NCBI GenBank assembly: GCA_002391075.1
Contig: DGRN01000010.1
Location: forward strand, 20,738-84,737
Direction of reading: 5' to 3'
DNA: 64,000 nucleotides
Source: Candidatus Saccharibacteria bacterium UBA4387
GTDB taxonomy: Bacteria > Patescibacteriota > Saccharimonadia > Saccharimonadales > Saccharimonadaceae
Shown here: in pieces, positions 37,617-46,786 of the stretch
Position numbering within the stretch: the stretch's first letter is position 1
Layout of the letters: every line of letters begins with the position of its first letter
Made by a program: the position numbers and the translations under genes
The notes under the pieces: generated by a model
The model's database searches: none
The model's input: the letters and a program-made list of their open reading frames with translations, nothing else
Told to the model about the DNA's origin: nothing

Positions 37617-38846
37617 ATGGCCATACTCATTAAAACTCATTTTCACCTTGCCATCGACAGCCTTCGTCGCAACCGTGGCCGCACTTTTCTTTCTGCGCTC
37701 GGCATTGCCATCGGCGTAGCATCCATCGTTCTGATTCTTTCCCTCACCGGCAGCATCGACCGCCTCATCACTACCAACAGCGACAAAAACAACGCTAATC
37801 TCATCCTGGTTCGCCCTAGCACCGGCAAAGACGCAACTGGCAGCATCATCGACGAACTCACTGCCACCAACCAATACGTCAAATCGAACCTTACCATCGA
37901 CGACGTCAAAACCATCTCCGACCTGCCGAACGTTTCCGCTGTCGCCCCAATCGCAATTTCCAATTCCGCCATCACTGTCGCAGATCGCAACTACGAAGAC
38001 GTCAACGTTGTCGCCACCAGCACCGACCTGCTCAACATCATCAACATTCCACTTAAAAACGGCCAATTCCTCGACACCACGCTTCGCGAAAATGTCGCCG
38101 TCCTTGGCTACAACACAGCCATGAAAATGTACGGCGGCCCAGAGGCCATCACTAAAACTTTCTACTACAACGGCCAACAGTTCATGGTCGTCGGCGTCCT
38201 CGAAGAAATTGACGACCCTATCAACTTCAACGGTGTCGACTTCGACAATTCCATCCTCATCAACCTCAACTTCGCCAGCACTTTCGAATCTTCCATCCAA
38301 ATCCAGCAAATCGACATCCGTACCGCCACCACCAATTCCGTCGAAGAAAGCATCGAGCAAATTAACAACAAACTCAGTGAGTCCAAACACGGCAGCAAAA
38401 GTTTCGAAATCATCTCCAGCAAAGAAGCCGCTCACCCGGCCGGTTCCCTACTCTCGACCGTTTCCTACATGCTAACCTTAGTCGCTTCCATTTCCCTCAT
38501 CGTCGGCGGCGTTGGCATCATGAACATTATGCTCGTCTCAGTCTCCGAACGCACTCGCGAAATCGGCATCCGCAAATCCGTCGGCGCCAGCAGCGGTAAC
38601 ATCCTCTTGCAATTCCTTTTCGAATCCATCATCCTCAGCGTCATGGGCGGCGTCATGGGATTCGCGCTCGGCTACATCGGCGCTTTCCTCATTTCGCTCA
38701 TTTCGCCTTTCGCGCCACACATTTCCTGGAACATTCTTGCGATTACTGGCGGAGTTTCCCTAGCAGTCGGCGTACTCTTCGGCATCTATCCAGCCATCAA
38801 AGCCGCCCGCAAAGACCCTATCGTTTCCCTCAAATTCTACCGCTAG
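37617..38846 (+). CDS. ABC transporter permease (FtsX/MacB-like)
   Basis: N-terminal TM, a large periplasmic domain, and the C-terminal FtsX domain ERTREIGIRKSVGA. Confidence 0.88.
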   Translation: MAILIKTHFHLAIDSLRRNRGRTFLSALGIAIGVASIVLILSLTGSIDRLITTNSDKNNANLILVRPSTGKDATGSIIDELTATNQYVKSNLTIDDVKTISDLPNVSAVAPIAISNSAITVADRNYEDVNVVATSTDLLNIINIPLKNGQFLDTTLRENVAVLGYNTAMKMYGGPEAITKTFYYNGQQFMVVGVLEEIDDPINFNGVDFDNSILINLNFASTFESSIQIQQIDIRTATTNSVEESIEQINNKLSESKHGSKSFEIISSKEAAHPAGSLLSTVSYMLTLVASISLIVGGVGIMNIMLVSVSERTREIGIRKSVGASSGNILLQFLFESIILSVMGGVMGFALGYIGAFLISLISPFAPHISWNILAITGGVSLAVGVLFGIYPAIKAARKDPIVSLKFYR

Positions 38847-38867
38847 CGAAATCGACGAAGCACAAAA

Positions 38868-38897
38868 ATATCTCCCAACCCGGGAGATATTTTTTTG
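38868..38897. terminator. Bidirectional terminator between convergent operons
   Basis: ATATCTCCC-aaccc-GGGAGATAT, flanked by an A-run and TTTTTTT. Confidence 0.8.
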
Positions 38898-38912
38898 TTG
38901 CAGCAGCTCGAC

Positions 38913-41900
38913 CTAATCCAACTCGATCAAGCCTGCCGCAATTAGCGCATTGAACACACCAGGCGTATCTTCACCGCGCAAAATTCGTCGGCGCGCATCA
39001 TCAGTCTGCGCATTCCAGTTATTAATGATCGCCCTCGTAATTCCTAGCACGCTCGCGTCTGGCGCCGCCCCGCCCCTAGTCATCACAGTATTCAGTAAGC
39101 TATCATCAATATCAATGTTCGTCGTCAAGCTATCACTCTTGATTGCCTCAAAGGCCGCAGCAGTCTCAGCTTCCGCTTCTGCTGGAGCCTCGACGACTGG
39201 CACTTCCGTAGCAGTCTCAGCTTCCGTTTCTGCCGGAGTCTCAACGACTGGCACTTCCGTCTCAGCCACCACTTCCTCTTCAGGCAAGACAGCTTCCTCC
39301 TCACCCAAAACTACCGGCTCTTCAGCAGTACCTTCCTCGGCTTCGCCTTCAACTTCGATTTCAGGTGCATTTGACGGCTCCTCAATAATCGGCACACCGG
39401 CGCTATATCTATTGGCCGTAGAGCGGCTTGCCGCCAACTCATTACGTCCGTTCAGACCAAACAGCGGATAATTGAACGTCGATGCTATTGTCGGATCAAC
39501 ATGTTCCGTAACCGTACGCGTCACATTAAAGATGTCTTCCATATTCTGTGTATGCGAGATTATTTCGCTGCCGTCAAATCCATGGCCCGAAGTCGTCGCA
39601 ATCGACGCGATATTTCGCACGCCATTCGAATCAAGCCCCAAATCGACACCCAAATGGAAGCGATCAAAAGCAAAACTCTCCGCCACGCCACGCAAAGTCG
39701 GATCTGCCGAACTCGACATCACGAAGTTACCGCTGGCCTGATCATATGCCGCCGGCAGCAAGAAGCCGGTTCCATTATTTCCATCTATATCATTCGTGCG
39801 CACAACCCAAACCAAACGACCATTCGCCGCTTCTAGCTTTGGATCAATCGTCATATTACTATTGAATGGATTATTACGTAACCGCGCAAACCATTTGTCC
39901 GTTTCTGTAAAGAAGACGTCTTTTTCGCTCAAATCATATTCGGCAGTACCGTTATTTAGCCAGTTTTCATCGCCAATATGAATCTGCTCTGAACGTTGCG
40001 ACACGTAATCGCCGAGCGTCACATCCGTAAATGTGCCATCCGGACGTTGCCCAACCTGCACCATCTTGTAATCTGGATGTTGCTGCAAAATCTGCTGAGC
40101 CTCGTTCCTTGTCACGCCAGTGCGATAATTCGCCACGTGCGAGATGTCCGCCCCGCCAGATTCAAGCGGTCGAATAAACGCGCCGACGCCATTCCAGCCC
40201 TCAGCTCGCGCTCGTTCAATCCTTGCAAAAGTACCTTCAAGAATCGTATGGCTTGCACCATCTGTATCTTTTACGCCGCGCAAACGATCAATCACGCCCG
40301 TCATATTCGGATCAAACGCCGCCCGAATCTCAGACGCAACCGTACCGAGCGCGAATGTCGTTGCTGCCGCCTTCACGCCAGCTCGACGCGCCATCTTGCG
40401 GCGCAACTTACACGCCAGCTTGTCTTTCTCATCGATACTTTCCTCAAGTGCATGCAACGTGTTCGCGCCCTCGCCAATCGTGCTGCGCAACGACTGCACA
40501 TCAACGCCATTATCGCTCATTATTACTTCAGCTCTCGCCAAAGCAATATCATACCTCAAACGCTCTTCCGGAATATTCTCTGGATGGTCGTTCGAATACG
40601 CAATCAAATCCACGTTTCGATCATCGCTCAACTCTCGCGCAAAATACATCGCTGAGAAAAGGCCCTTCAAACCGTCTTTTTCCGCATCCGTAATCGTGCC
40701 ATCACGCATCTTATTCAGCAAACCATTCATACTGTCTGTCGCGTCGCTAGCGTCGATCATATCATACGTGGCTTTATACAACTCACGATTCTTCGCGTAT
40801 CTCCGACCCGTCTCCGTCTCGCGCACATTCATTCCGCGCGCCAAATCGCGACGCATCTTCGTAATATCTTCCTGTGCTCTATGATTTTCTTTCACCCCCG
40901 CAATCATACCGCTAGCCAATACCGAAGCTGGGAATACGACCTTCAAAGCTCTTTGCACTACGCCATTCGACGAACTTTCCCCGCCAAACAACAAAGCACC
41001 CGCGACGCCAGTGGCCGCCGTCAGCGCACCCGCCGGCACAAAACGCCCCACCTTGCTTCGCTTCAGCTTTTCAATCACCTCATCACACTTACTCTTGTGA
41101 ATTTCCGTCCGAATATTGCTGCGCGTTTCCGCATTAACAATCGCAAAGCCCTTCATCAAGCGCTCGATGCCGTCCGCATGCTTATCACAATCAGACATCG
41201 CGTCATATTGCATTTTCGCGGCTTCCGCCATCGCAAAGAAGTTATTCGTCATTACTTCTGCGTTCGCATTTGCATTTGGGCAAATCTCACGCAAGTGATT
41301 CACCTCGCCCAGAAATGCCGCTCTGTCCGCAATTTCACCCTTCGCATAGCGTTGCACAATGTCGCGCATCCCCACCGCATAATTCACTTTTTCCAAATCA
41401 GTGGTTTCTTGCTCATCTTGTCCCGGCAAACGCTCGTAAACATGCAGCTCGCCATCGTCACCACGATGCACGCTATAAGACGCAAACTTTTCACCGACTT
41501 TCGAGTGAATCAAAGAATCATAGGCTTGCTCAGTATGGCGCGCCACAAAATCATACTTCATTGTCTCAGTCGCAGAGGCCGCCGTCCAATCGCGCTCTAG
41601 CAAATTTCGCCACTTCGTAATCTTTATATCTGCCAAAGCATTACGACGCTCGTCGTCCGACAAATTCGGATCATCATAAATCTCATTTGCCTTCTTAATC
41701 GCCTCAAACGCCTGCTTTTCATAAGAAACCTTAAAAGCCTCGCGCAGCAAATTACCAATGAATCTCTTACGCAAGCCCCGCCCAATACGACTAAACAATC
41801 CGTTCTTATTTTCATCGCCTTCGATACGCTCGCGCAACATTTCTTCCGAAATCTCTTTCGCTCTCGTGTGCGCATCGCTTTCACGATCCATATCGACCAA

Positions 41901-42989
41901 AACTATTGGCGACAACGCTTCAAACGCGCCTTGCTCTACCTCTTCTTCGGATTCCTCAGATTCAGATTCAGCCGTCTGATGCCTATCAAAGTTTACCACC
42001 CCATTCTCATCGACCGCCAAGTTACCTTCAGCAAGGGGTACTACCGCTTGCTCTTCAGCTTCGGCCGCAGCAAATTCATAACCAAGCATCGGCACATCAA
42101 TCGACGGCATCGTCGGCACATCGATTGATGGCATCGTCGGTACGTCAATTGACGGCATCTCAGGAAGCACTTGTATACCATCGTTAGCATCAATATTTTT
42201 TTCAGGCTCAACCGAAACATCTTCCTCGGCTAGCGGTTCAAGCGCAATATCGTCCATCTGAACCTTCGGCACCTCAATCGACGGCATCTCATCAGGGCGC
42301 ATATACCGCCTAATGAACTTCTTTCGCAGTCCAGCCAAAGCCTCTCTATCTACCTCAGGCGCCGCATCAGGAAAATTCGGGTCGCCATCCATCACGAACA
42401 CCGCCCGCTTCACCATTTTGTCGCGACCATAATCCGGCCGCTTCATTTGCGACAACATCTGCCCCGCCAATTTCCCCTCATCAGTGTCGTCATTTTTCGC
42501 CTCATCTTCTAGCAGCGAAACAAATTCATCGGTTGCAAAAATCTTCGAATTATCAAATTCGAATCCATATTTGCCTTGACGGCTCAAATCTTCCCGCGAA
42601 TACGGTTTGTTCCTATCTTTCTCACGCAAAATCCGCCGAATCTCGCGCAACTTATCGTATTTATTCTCGACAGTTTCCGCTTTTTTCGGCTCTAATAACC
42701 CTACGCGTCTAAAATAATCGTGAATCGATTCCCCGTCATTCACCGGATTTTTCGAAATCGTTTCACTAACTCGACTCATATCCATCGCCAAAACTTTTGC
42801 CACATCGCTATCTGCGCCTGGATACAAATCAGGAATCTTCGCACTACCACCTTCCGGATTTAGCTTGGAGGCAGCCTTAGCCGCCTCCTCGCCAACTTTC
42901 TTAGCACGTTCGCTATCTACTCCTTCCGGTACGGCAATCGATTCCATTCCAACCGATACGGATTCCATTTTCGGACCATTCGGCTTCAT
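38913..42989 (-). CDS. Large orphan protein (1358 aa) with central hydrophobic hairpin, MPSIDVP repeats and acidic C-terminal repeats
   Basis: ATG 42989 lies 8 nt after GGGAGG. The track start is GTG 42998. There is no signal peptide. Hydrophobic pair FVPAGALTAATGVAGALLFGG / ALKVVFPASVLASGMIAGV. Third gene of the operon. Confidence 0.8.
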   Translation of the reverse strand: MKPNGPKMESVSVGMESIAVPEGVDSERAKKVGEEAAKAASKLNPEGGSAKIPDLYPGADSDVAKVLAMDMSRVSETISKNPVNDGESIHDYFRRVGLLEPKKAETVENKYDKLREIRRILREKDRNKPYSREDLSRQGKYGFEFDNSKIFATDEFVSLLEDEAKNDDTDEGKLAGQMLSQMKRPDYGRDKMVKRAVFVMDGDPNFPDAAPEVDREALAGLRKKFIRRYMRPDEMPSIEVPKVQMDDIALEPLAEEDVSVEPEKNIDANDGIQVLPEMPSIDVPTMPSIDVPTMPSIDVPMLGYEFAAAEAEEQAVVPLAEGNLAVDENGVVNFDRHQTAESESEESEEEVEQGAFEALSPIVLVDMDRESDAHTRAKEISEEMLRERIEGDENKNGLFSRIGRGLRKRFIGNLLREAFKVSYEKQAFEAIKKANEIYDDPNLSDDERRNALADIKITKWRNLLERDWTAASATETMKYDFVARHTEQAYDSLIHSKVGEKFASYSVHRGDDGELHVYERLPGQDEQETTDLEKVNYAVGMRDIVQRYAKGEIADRAAFLGEVNHLREICPNANANAEVMTNNFFAMAEAAKMQYDAMSDCDKHADGIERLMKGFAIVNAETRSNIRTEIHKSKCDEVIEKLKRSKVGRFVPAGALTAATGVAGALLFGGESSSNGVVQRALKVVFPASVLASGMIAGVKENHRAQEDITKMRRDLARGMNVRETETGRRYAKNRELYKATYDMIDASDATDSMNGLLNKMRDGTITDAEKDGLKGLFSAMYFARELSDDRNVDLIAYSNDHPENIPEERLRYDIALARAEVIMSDNGVDVQSLRSTIGEGANTLHALEESIDEKDKLACKLRRKMARRAGVKAAATTFALGTVASEIRAAFDPNMTGVIDRLRGVKDTDGASHTILEGTFARIERARAEGWNGVGAFIRPLESGGADISHVANYRTGVTRNEAQQILQQHPDYKMVQVGQRPDGTFTDVTLGDYVSQRSEQIHIGDENWLNNGTAEYDLSEKDVFFTETDKWFARLRNNPFNSNMTIDPKLEAANGRLVWVVRTNDIDGNNGTGFLLPAAYDQASGNFVMSSSADPTLRGVAESFAFDRFHLGVDLGLDSNGVRNIASIATTSGHGFDGSEIISHTQNMEDIFNVTRTVTEHVDPTIASTFNYPLFGLNGRNELAASRSTANRYSAGVPIIEEPSNAPEIEVEGEAEEGTAEEPVVLGEEEAVLPEEEVVAETEVPVVETPAETEAETATEVPVVEAPAEAEAETAAAFEAIKSDSLTTNIDIDDSLLNTVMTRGGAAPDASVLGITRAIINNWNAQTDDARRRILRGEDTPGVFNALIAAGLIELD
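39160..39261 (-). repeat. 51-nt tandem duplication inside the CDS
   Basis: Units 39160-39210 and 39211-39261 are nearly identical. They encode TEVPVVE[AT]PAE[AT]EAETA. Confidence 0.85.
42087..42158 (-). repeat. 24-nt tandem repeat x3 encoding MPSIDVP[TM]
   Basis: ATGCCnTCnATnGAnGTnCCGACG three times, differing only at synonymous positions. Confidence 0.85.
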
Positions 42990-43013
42990 GTCTATCACCT
43001 CCCAATCTAGTTA

Positions 43014-45182
43014 TTAAACAGCTCTCTCAATGCTATCCGCAGCGCCGCTCAAAGCCTCACGATCGCCGCTGGTCAAAACGTCATTCGCATTCGACTCAAC
43101 ATACTTTGCAACAAACTCACTACGCAATTTTGATAGAGCGTCTTTATCAACCTCGCGCATAGCCCCATTACTATTCATTACGAATTCCGCGCGGTCAACC
43201 ATTCTCTTGCGACCATACGCGCCAAAATCGTCGCCACTTCCGGCGTTATCAATCTTCATAATCTGCAACATTTGCGCAGCAAGCTTACCATCGCTCGAGG
43301 CCGTATCAGCCGCACGTTCCTGTAGAATCTTCAAGAATTCATCGGTGCTAAAGATCTTTGAGTTGTCATAAGTAAACGAACCATCCGCACGGCGAACAAC
43401 CAAATCATCTAACTTGTACTTCTTTGTAGTCTCAGTTTCCGCCGATCCAGCAGCCGGTTTTTCAGCTTTCGGAGCTTCTACTACTGAAGTCTTAATTTCT
43501 GGCACTTTCGCCACTGGCACCACCGGCACCTCTGGTACCTTTGCCACCGGAGTATCTGCGACTAACACTTCCGGCTTAGTCGCATCTACTGTCGGAACTT
43601 CTGTCGCAGGCGCCACAGTAGCGCTGCTTACAGATGGCTTTTCTTCCGCGGCCGCAATTTTTGCCACGAGCTCGTCTGTTTGCGCCTGTTCATCAAGCGC
43701 GTCGGCGTCTTCTTCGGCTTTTCTACCGTTGCGAATTCTTTCAATTAAGCCCTTCACGAAGCCAGCACCACGGCGAAGCAAACGTCCCGGCAAAGATTCT
43801 GCAATCTTACCCGCCAAGCTCTTCAAACGCTCGCGCAAAGAAGTCTCAGGTTCAACCTTAGTCGCAGTGCCTTCAGCATTATCTTCGCTACTCTCGGTCG
43901 CCGAGCCAGCCTTAGTCTTCTCTAAGTAATCACGCAATTCCGTATCACTCATCTTATTCAAGCGGAACATGCTGATATCTGCACCAAGCTCTTCCAACTC
44001 TTTATATGCGCCCTCGCGACTAAATTCAGCTTCCTTAGATTCCGAAGTATTATTATCTACTTCGACACTTCCGGCGCCACCTTCAGTCTTACTGGCCGAC
44101 CTATCTGCCGCCTCTGACACGAAACTTACCAAAGGCTCTCTATACATACCGGTATCGTCTTTCAAGGCATCGCGAATCGTATCGAAATGCTCGTCAAACT
44201 CGGCCCTATCAGCATTAGCCGTCTTCGCGATAGGTGTAGGCAAAGGCTCCGAGTATCTACCAGTATCGTCTTTCAAGGCATCGCGAATCGTATCAAAGTT
44301 CTCATCGAACTTACCTTCCTCAGTCGCGCCGCCTTCAATATCTTTCTCGATTACTTCCCTGATTTCCTCAGAAGCGCTCGTTATCGACGCTACATACGCC
44401 GAATACGCATCCTGAATCTTCCTAGACTTAACCTCGTCCCGCTTAAGAATCCCAAGACCGCGCTCACCACTTCTGCGCGCCAACAACTCTTCTACGCTCC
44501 TGCGCCCAGCATTGAAACCATACTTCTTATGTAGAGCTTTCTTGTTCATGCTCAACAATTGCTGCACGAAATCGGCATTATCAAACCAATCTTTCGGCAA
44601 TTCAGCAGATTCTGCGTCTTCAGCACCAGTCTCAACATCACCTTCCGACGACGGAACATCAATCGAAGGCATCTCTGCAACCGGCTTCTTAACTGGAGCC
44701 TCTTGCTGAACATCTTCAAAAGCCTCACCCGCTTTCACGCGACGGATCAATTCACTTTTTAGTTTATCAAGCGGAGCTCTATCAACTTCGGCTTCCGCAG
44801 TTGGGAAATTCGGATCACCTTCCATTACAAACTTCGCACGAGCTACCATTCTGTCGTGGCCGTAATCCGGACGATCCATTTGCGAAACCATCTGAGCAGC
44901 CAACTTTCCATCACTCGATGCCGTATCGGCCGCGCGCTCGCGAAGCAAATCCTCAAACGCTTTCGTACTAAACAATTTCGCATTATCATAGCGCACATTG
45001 CCATTAGCGTCAGTACTCGTAAACTCAGAAATATCCAAACGGCGTTTACCTTGCGGTACTTCCGGCAATGCTTTTACTGTTTCTTGCTTGGCGCCACCAA
45101 ACGGAATATTCTGCAACTCAGCTACGCCTGGGTCGAGATTTGCGCCACCTTGCTCTGCATTGTTTTTAAGTCCTTCAGACAT
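43014..45182 (-). CDS. Orphan protein (722 aa) carrying two copies of the domain shared with the downstream 1358-aa protein
   Basis: AGGAGG SD. No signal peptide or TM. Acidic and helical. An internal duplicate FDE[HN]FDTIRDALKDDTG.Y.EPL. An MPSIDVP motif at aa 171-177. Confidence 0.8.
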   Translation of the reverse strand: MSEGLKNNAEQGGANLDPGVAELQNIPFGGAKQETVKALPEVPQGKRRLDISEFTSTDANGNVRYDNAKLFSTKAFEDLLRERAADTASSDGKLAAQMVSQMDRPDYGHDRMVARAKFVMEGDPNFPTAEAEVDRAPLDKLKSELIRRVKAGEAFEDVQQEAPVKKPVAEMPSIDVPSSEGDVETGAEDAESAELPKDWFDNADFVQQLLSMNKKALHKKYGFNAGRRSVEELLARRSGERGLGILKRDEVKSRKIQDAYSAYVASITSASEEIREVIEKDIEGGATEEGKFDENFDTIRDALKDDTGRYSEPLPTPIAKTANADRAEFDEHFDTIRDALKDDTGMYREPLVSFVSEAADRSASKTEGGAGSVEVDNNTSESKEAEFSREGAYKELEELGADISMFRLNKMSDTELRDYLEKTKAGSATESSEDNAEGTATKVEPETSLRERLKSLAGKIAESLPGRLLRRGAGFVKGLIERIRNGRKAEEDADALDEQAQTDELVAKIAAAEEKPSVSSATVAPATEVPTVDATKPEVLVADTPVAKVPEVPVVPVAKVPEIKTSVVEAPKAEKPAAGSAETETTKKYKLDDLVVRRADGSFTYDNSKIFSTDEFLKILQERAADTASSDGKLAAQMLQIMKIDNAGSGDDFGAYGRKRMVDRAEFVMNSNGAMREVDKDALSKLRSEFVAKYVESNANDVLTSGDREALSGAADSIERAV

Positions 45183-45190
45183 GAAACCTC

Positions 45191-45529
45191 CTAAGCCGCA
45201 ACCGCCGCAGCGTTAGCCGCATTAACTTTATCTTGACCAATATATAGCGCACGGAACTGCAACATTGTCTTCAGCGCAACGTCCTGCAAATCCACGCCGC
45301 TCTGTGCCATGAATTCCGTAACCTGCTCATCACCAAAATTCGGATCATCTAACTTCTGCGACAGCTCAACCGCCTTCTCTTCAGGAAGAGCGTAAATCGC
45401 CGCAGTATCAATTTGGTCGAGCAAACGCTGCGTCAAATCAGCTTTCAACTGCGCCCGCACATCTGCGTCTAGCGACGTATAACCCTTCTCATTAATTATT
45501 TGGTCGATAAATTGCTCGACATTTTCCAT
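45191..45529 (-). CDS. Small acidic helical protein (112 aa), first gene of the orphan operon
   Basis: Start re-picked at MENVEQFIDQII. The ALPEEKAVEL segment recalls small CPR helical proteins of unknown function (possibly DUF5663; this is from memory only). Confidence 0.6.
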   Translation of the reverse strand: MENVEQFIDQIINEKGYTSLDADVRAQLKADLTQRLLDQIDTAAIYALPEEKAVELSQKLDDPNFGDEQVTEFMAQSGVDLQDVALKTMLQFRALYIGQDKVNAANAAAVAA

Positions 45530-45643
45530 GTATTTTGACCTTTCTACATTAAACCTTATGCTAATAATAACATAAACATTTCTACAAACGCAAACACCCC
45601 TCCACACCCACAAATCGCAAAAATATAGTATAATATATAAATA

Positions 45644-46681
45644 ATGCGCATTCTTGGGATAGAATCATCGTGCGACGAAACCGCCGCTGCTATTGTTGAA
45701 GATGGCCAAAAAATCCTCTCCAACGTCGTCGTTTCTCAAATCGACATCCACTCGGCTTATGGCGGAGTTATTCCTGAGGTCGCCGCTCGCTCACACATCG
45801 AGGCTATCAATCCAGTCATCAATCAAGCCCTATCCGACGCCAAGCTCAGCATCGACCAAATCGACGCCATCGCCGTCACTCATACTCCAGGCCTCGTCGG
45901 CAGCCTTCTCGTCGGCACTTTAGCTGCCCGCACCATTGCCATCATAAACAACATCCCATTCTACCCTACCCACCACCTCAAATCTCACATCTACGCCAAC
46001 TGGCTCAGCGGCCACCAGCCCGAATTCCCACTTCTCGCCGCTGTCATTTCCGGCGGTCACACCCAAATCATCTATATGAAGCGCCACGACCACTTCGAAA
46101 TCATCGGCACCACGCGCGACGACGCCATCGGCGAATGTTTCGACAAGGCCGCCAAAATTCTCGGCCTGCCCTACCCTGGTGGCCCAGCCATCGCGACTGC
46201 CGCTCAAAACGGCGACCCTAAAAAATACCATCTCCCAATCCCTCAAGTTTCCGACCTAGATTTTTCATTCAGCGGCCTCAAAACCGCCGTCCTTCGCGCA
46301 GTTCAAAAAGACCTCAACCTCCCCATCACTACCCCATCCCACGAACTCGCCGCAAAACTTTCCCCGCAGCAAGTCGCCGACTTCGCTGCCAGCTTCCAAG
46401 ACACCGCCGTCAACATCCTTATCCAAAAACTCCGCAAAGCTACCGAAACCTACCCCGCCAAAAGCATTGTCCTGGCCGGCGGCGTCTCTGCCAACCAGCT
46501 ACTCCGCAGCAAGCTCACCAAATCCTTTTCTAAAACACACCAGGTCTACTTCCCCGAACCTCAATACAGCACCGACAACGGCGCCATGGTCGCCTCCGCC
46601 GCCTACTTTTCCATCCAAGCCGGCGAGCACGCCAGCAATCCCTACTCGCTCGACATTTCACCACGTTCAATTATTCATTAG
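45644..46681 (+). CDS. tsaD: tRNA N6-adenosine threonylcarbamoyltransferase
   Basis: MRILGIESSCDETAAAIV, and HxxxH as AHIYANW-like HLKSHIY. Kae1/TsaD family over its full length. Confidence 0.9.
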   Translation: MRILGIESSCDETAAAIVEDGQKILSNVVVSQIDIHSAYGGVIPEVAARSHIEAINPVINQALSDAKLSIDQIDAIAVTHTPGLVGSLLVGTLAARTIAIINNIPFYPTHHLKSHIYANWLSGHQPEFPLLAAVISGGHTQIIYMKRHDHFEIIGTTRDDAIGECFDKAAKILGLPYPGGPAIATAAQNGDPKKYHLPIPQVSDLDFSFSGLKTAVLRAVQKDLNLPITTPSHELAAKLSPQQVADFAASFQDTAVNILIQKLRKATETYPAKSIVLAGGVSANQLLRSKLTKSFSKTHQVYFPEPQYSTDNGAMVASAAYFSIQAGEHASNPYSLDISPRSIIH

Positions 46682-46786
46682 CCCACAACCGGGCTATTTT
46701 TTATTCACCCACGAGCAAAAATCGTGTTCATTTCCAGCCGCCGCACTCCCCTACCCGCCAAAATCATATATAATATATATAAATAT

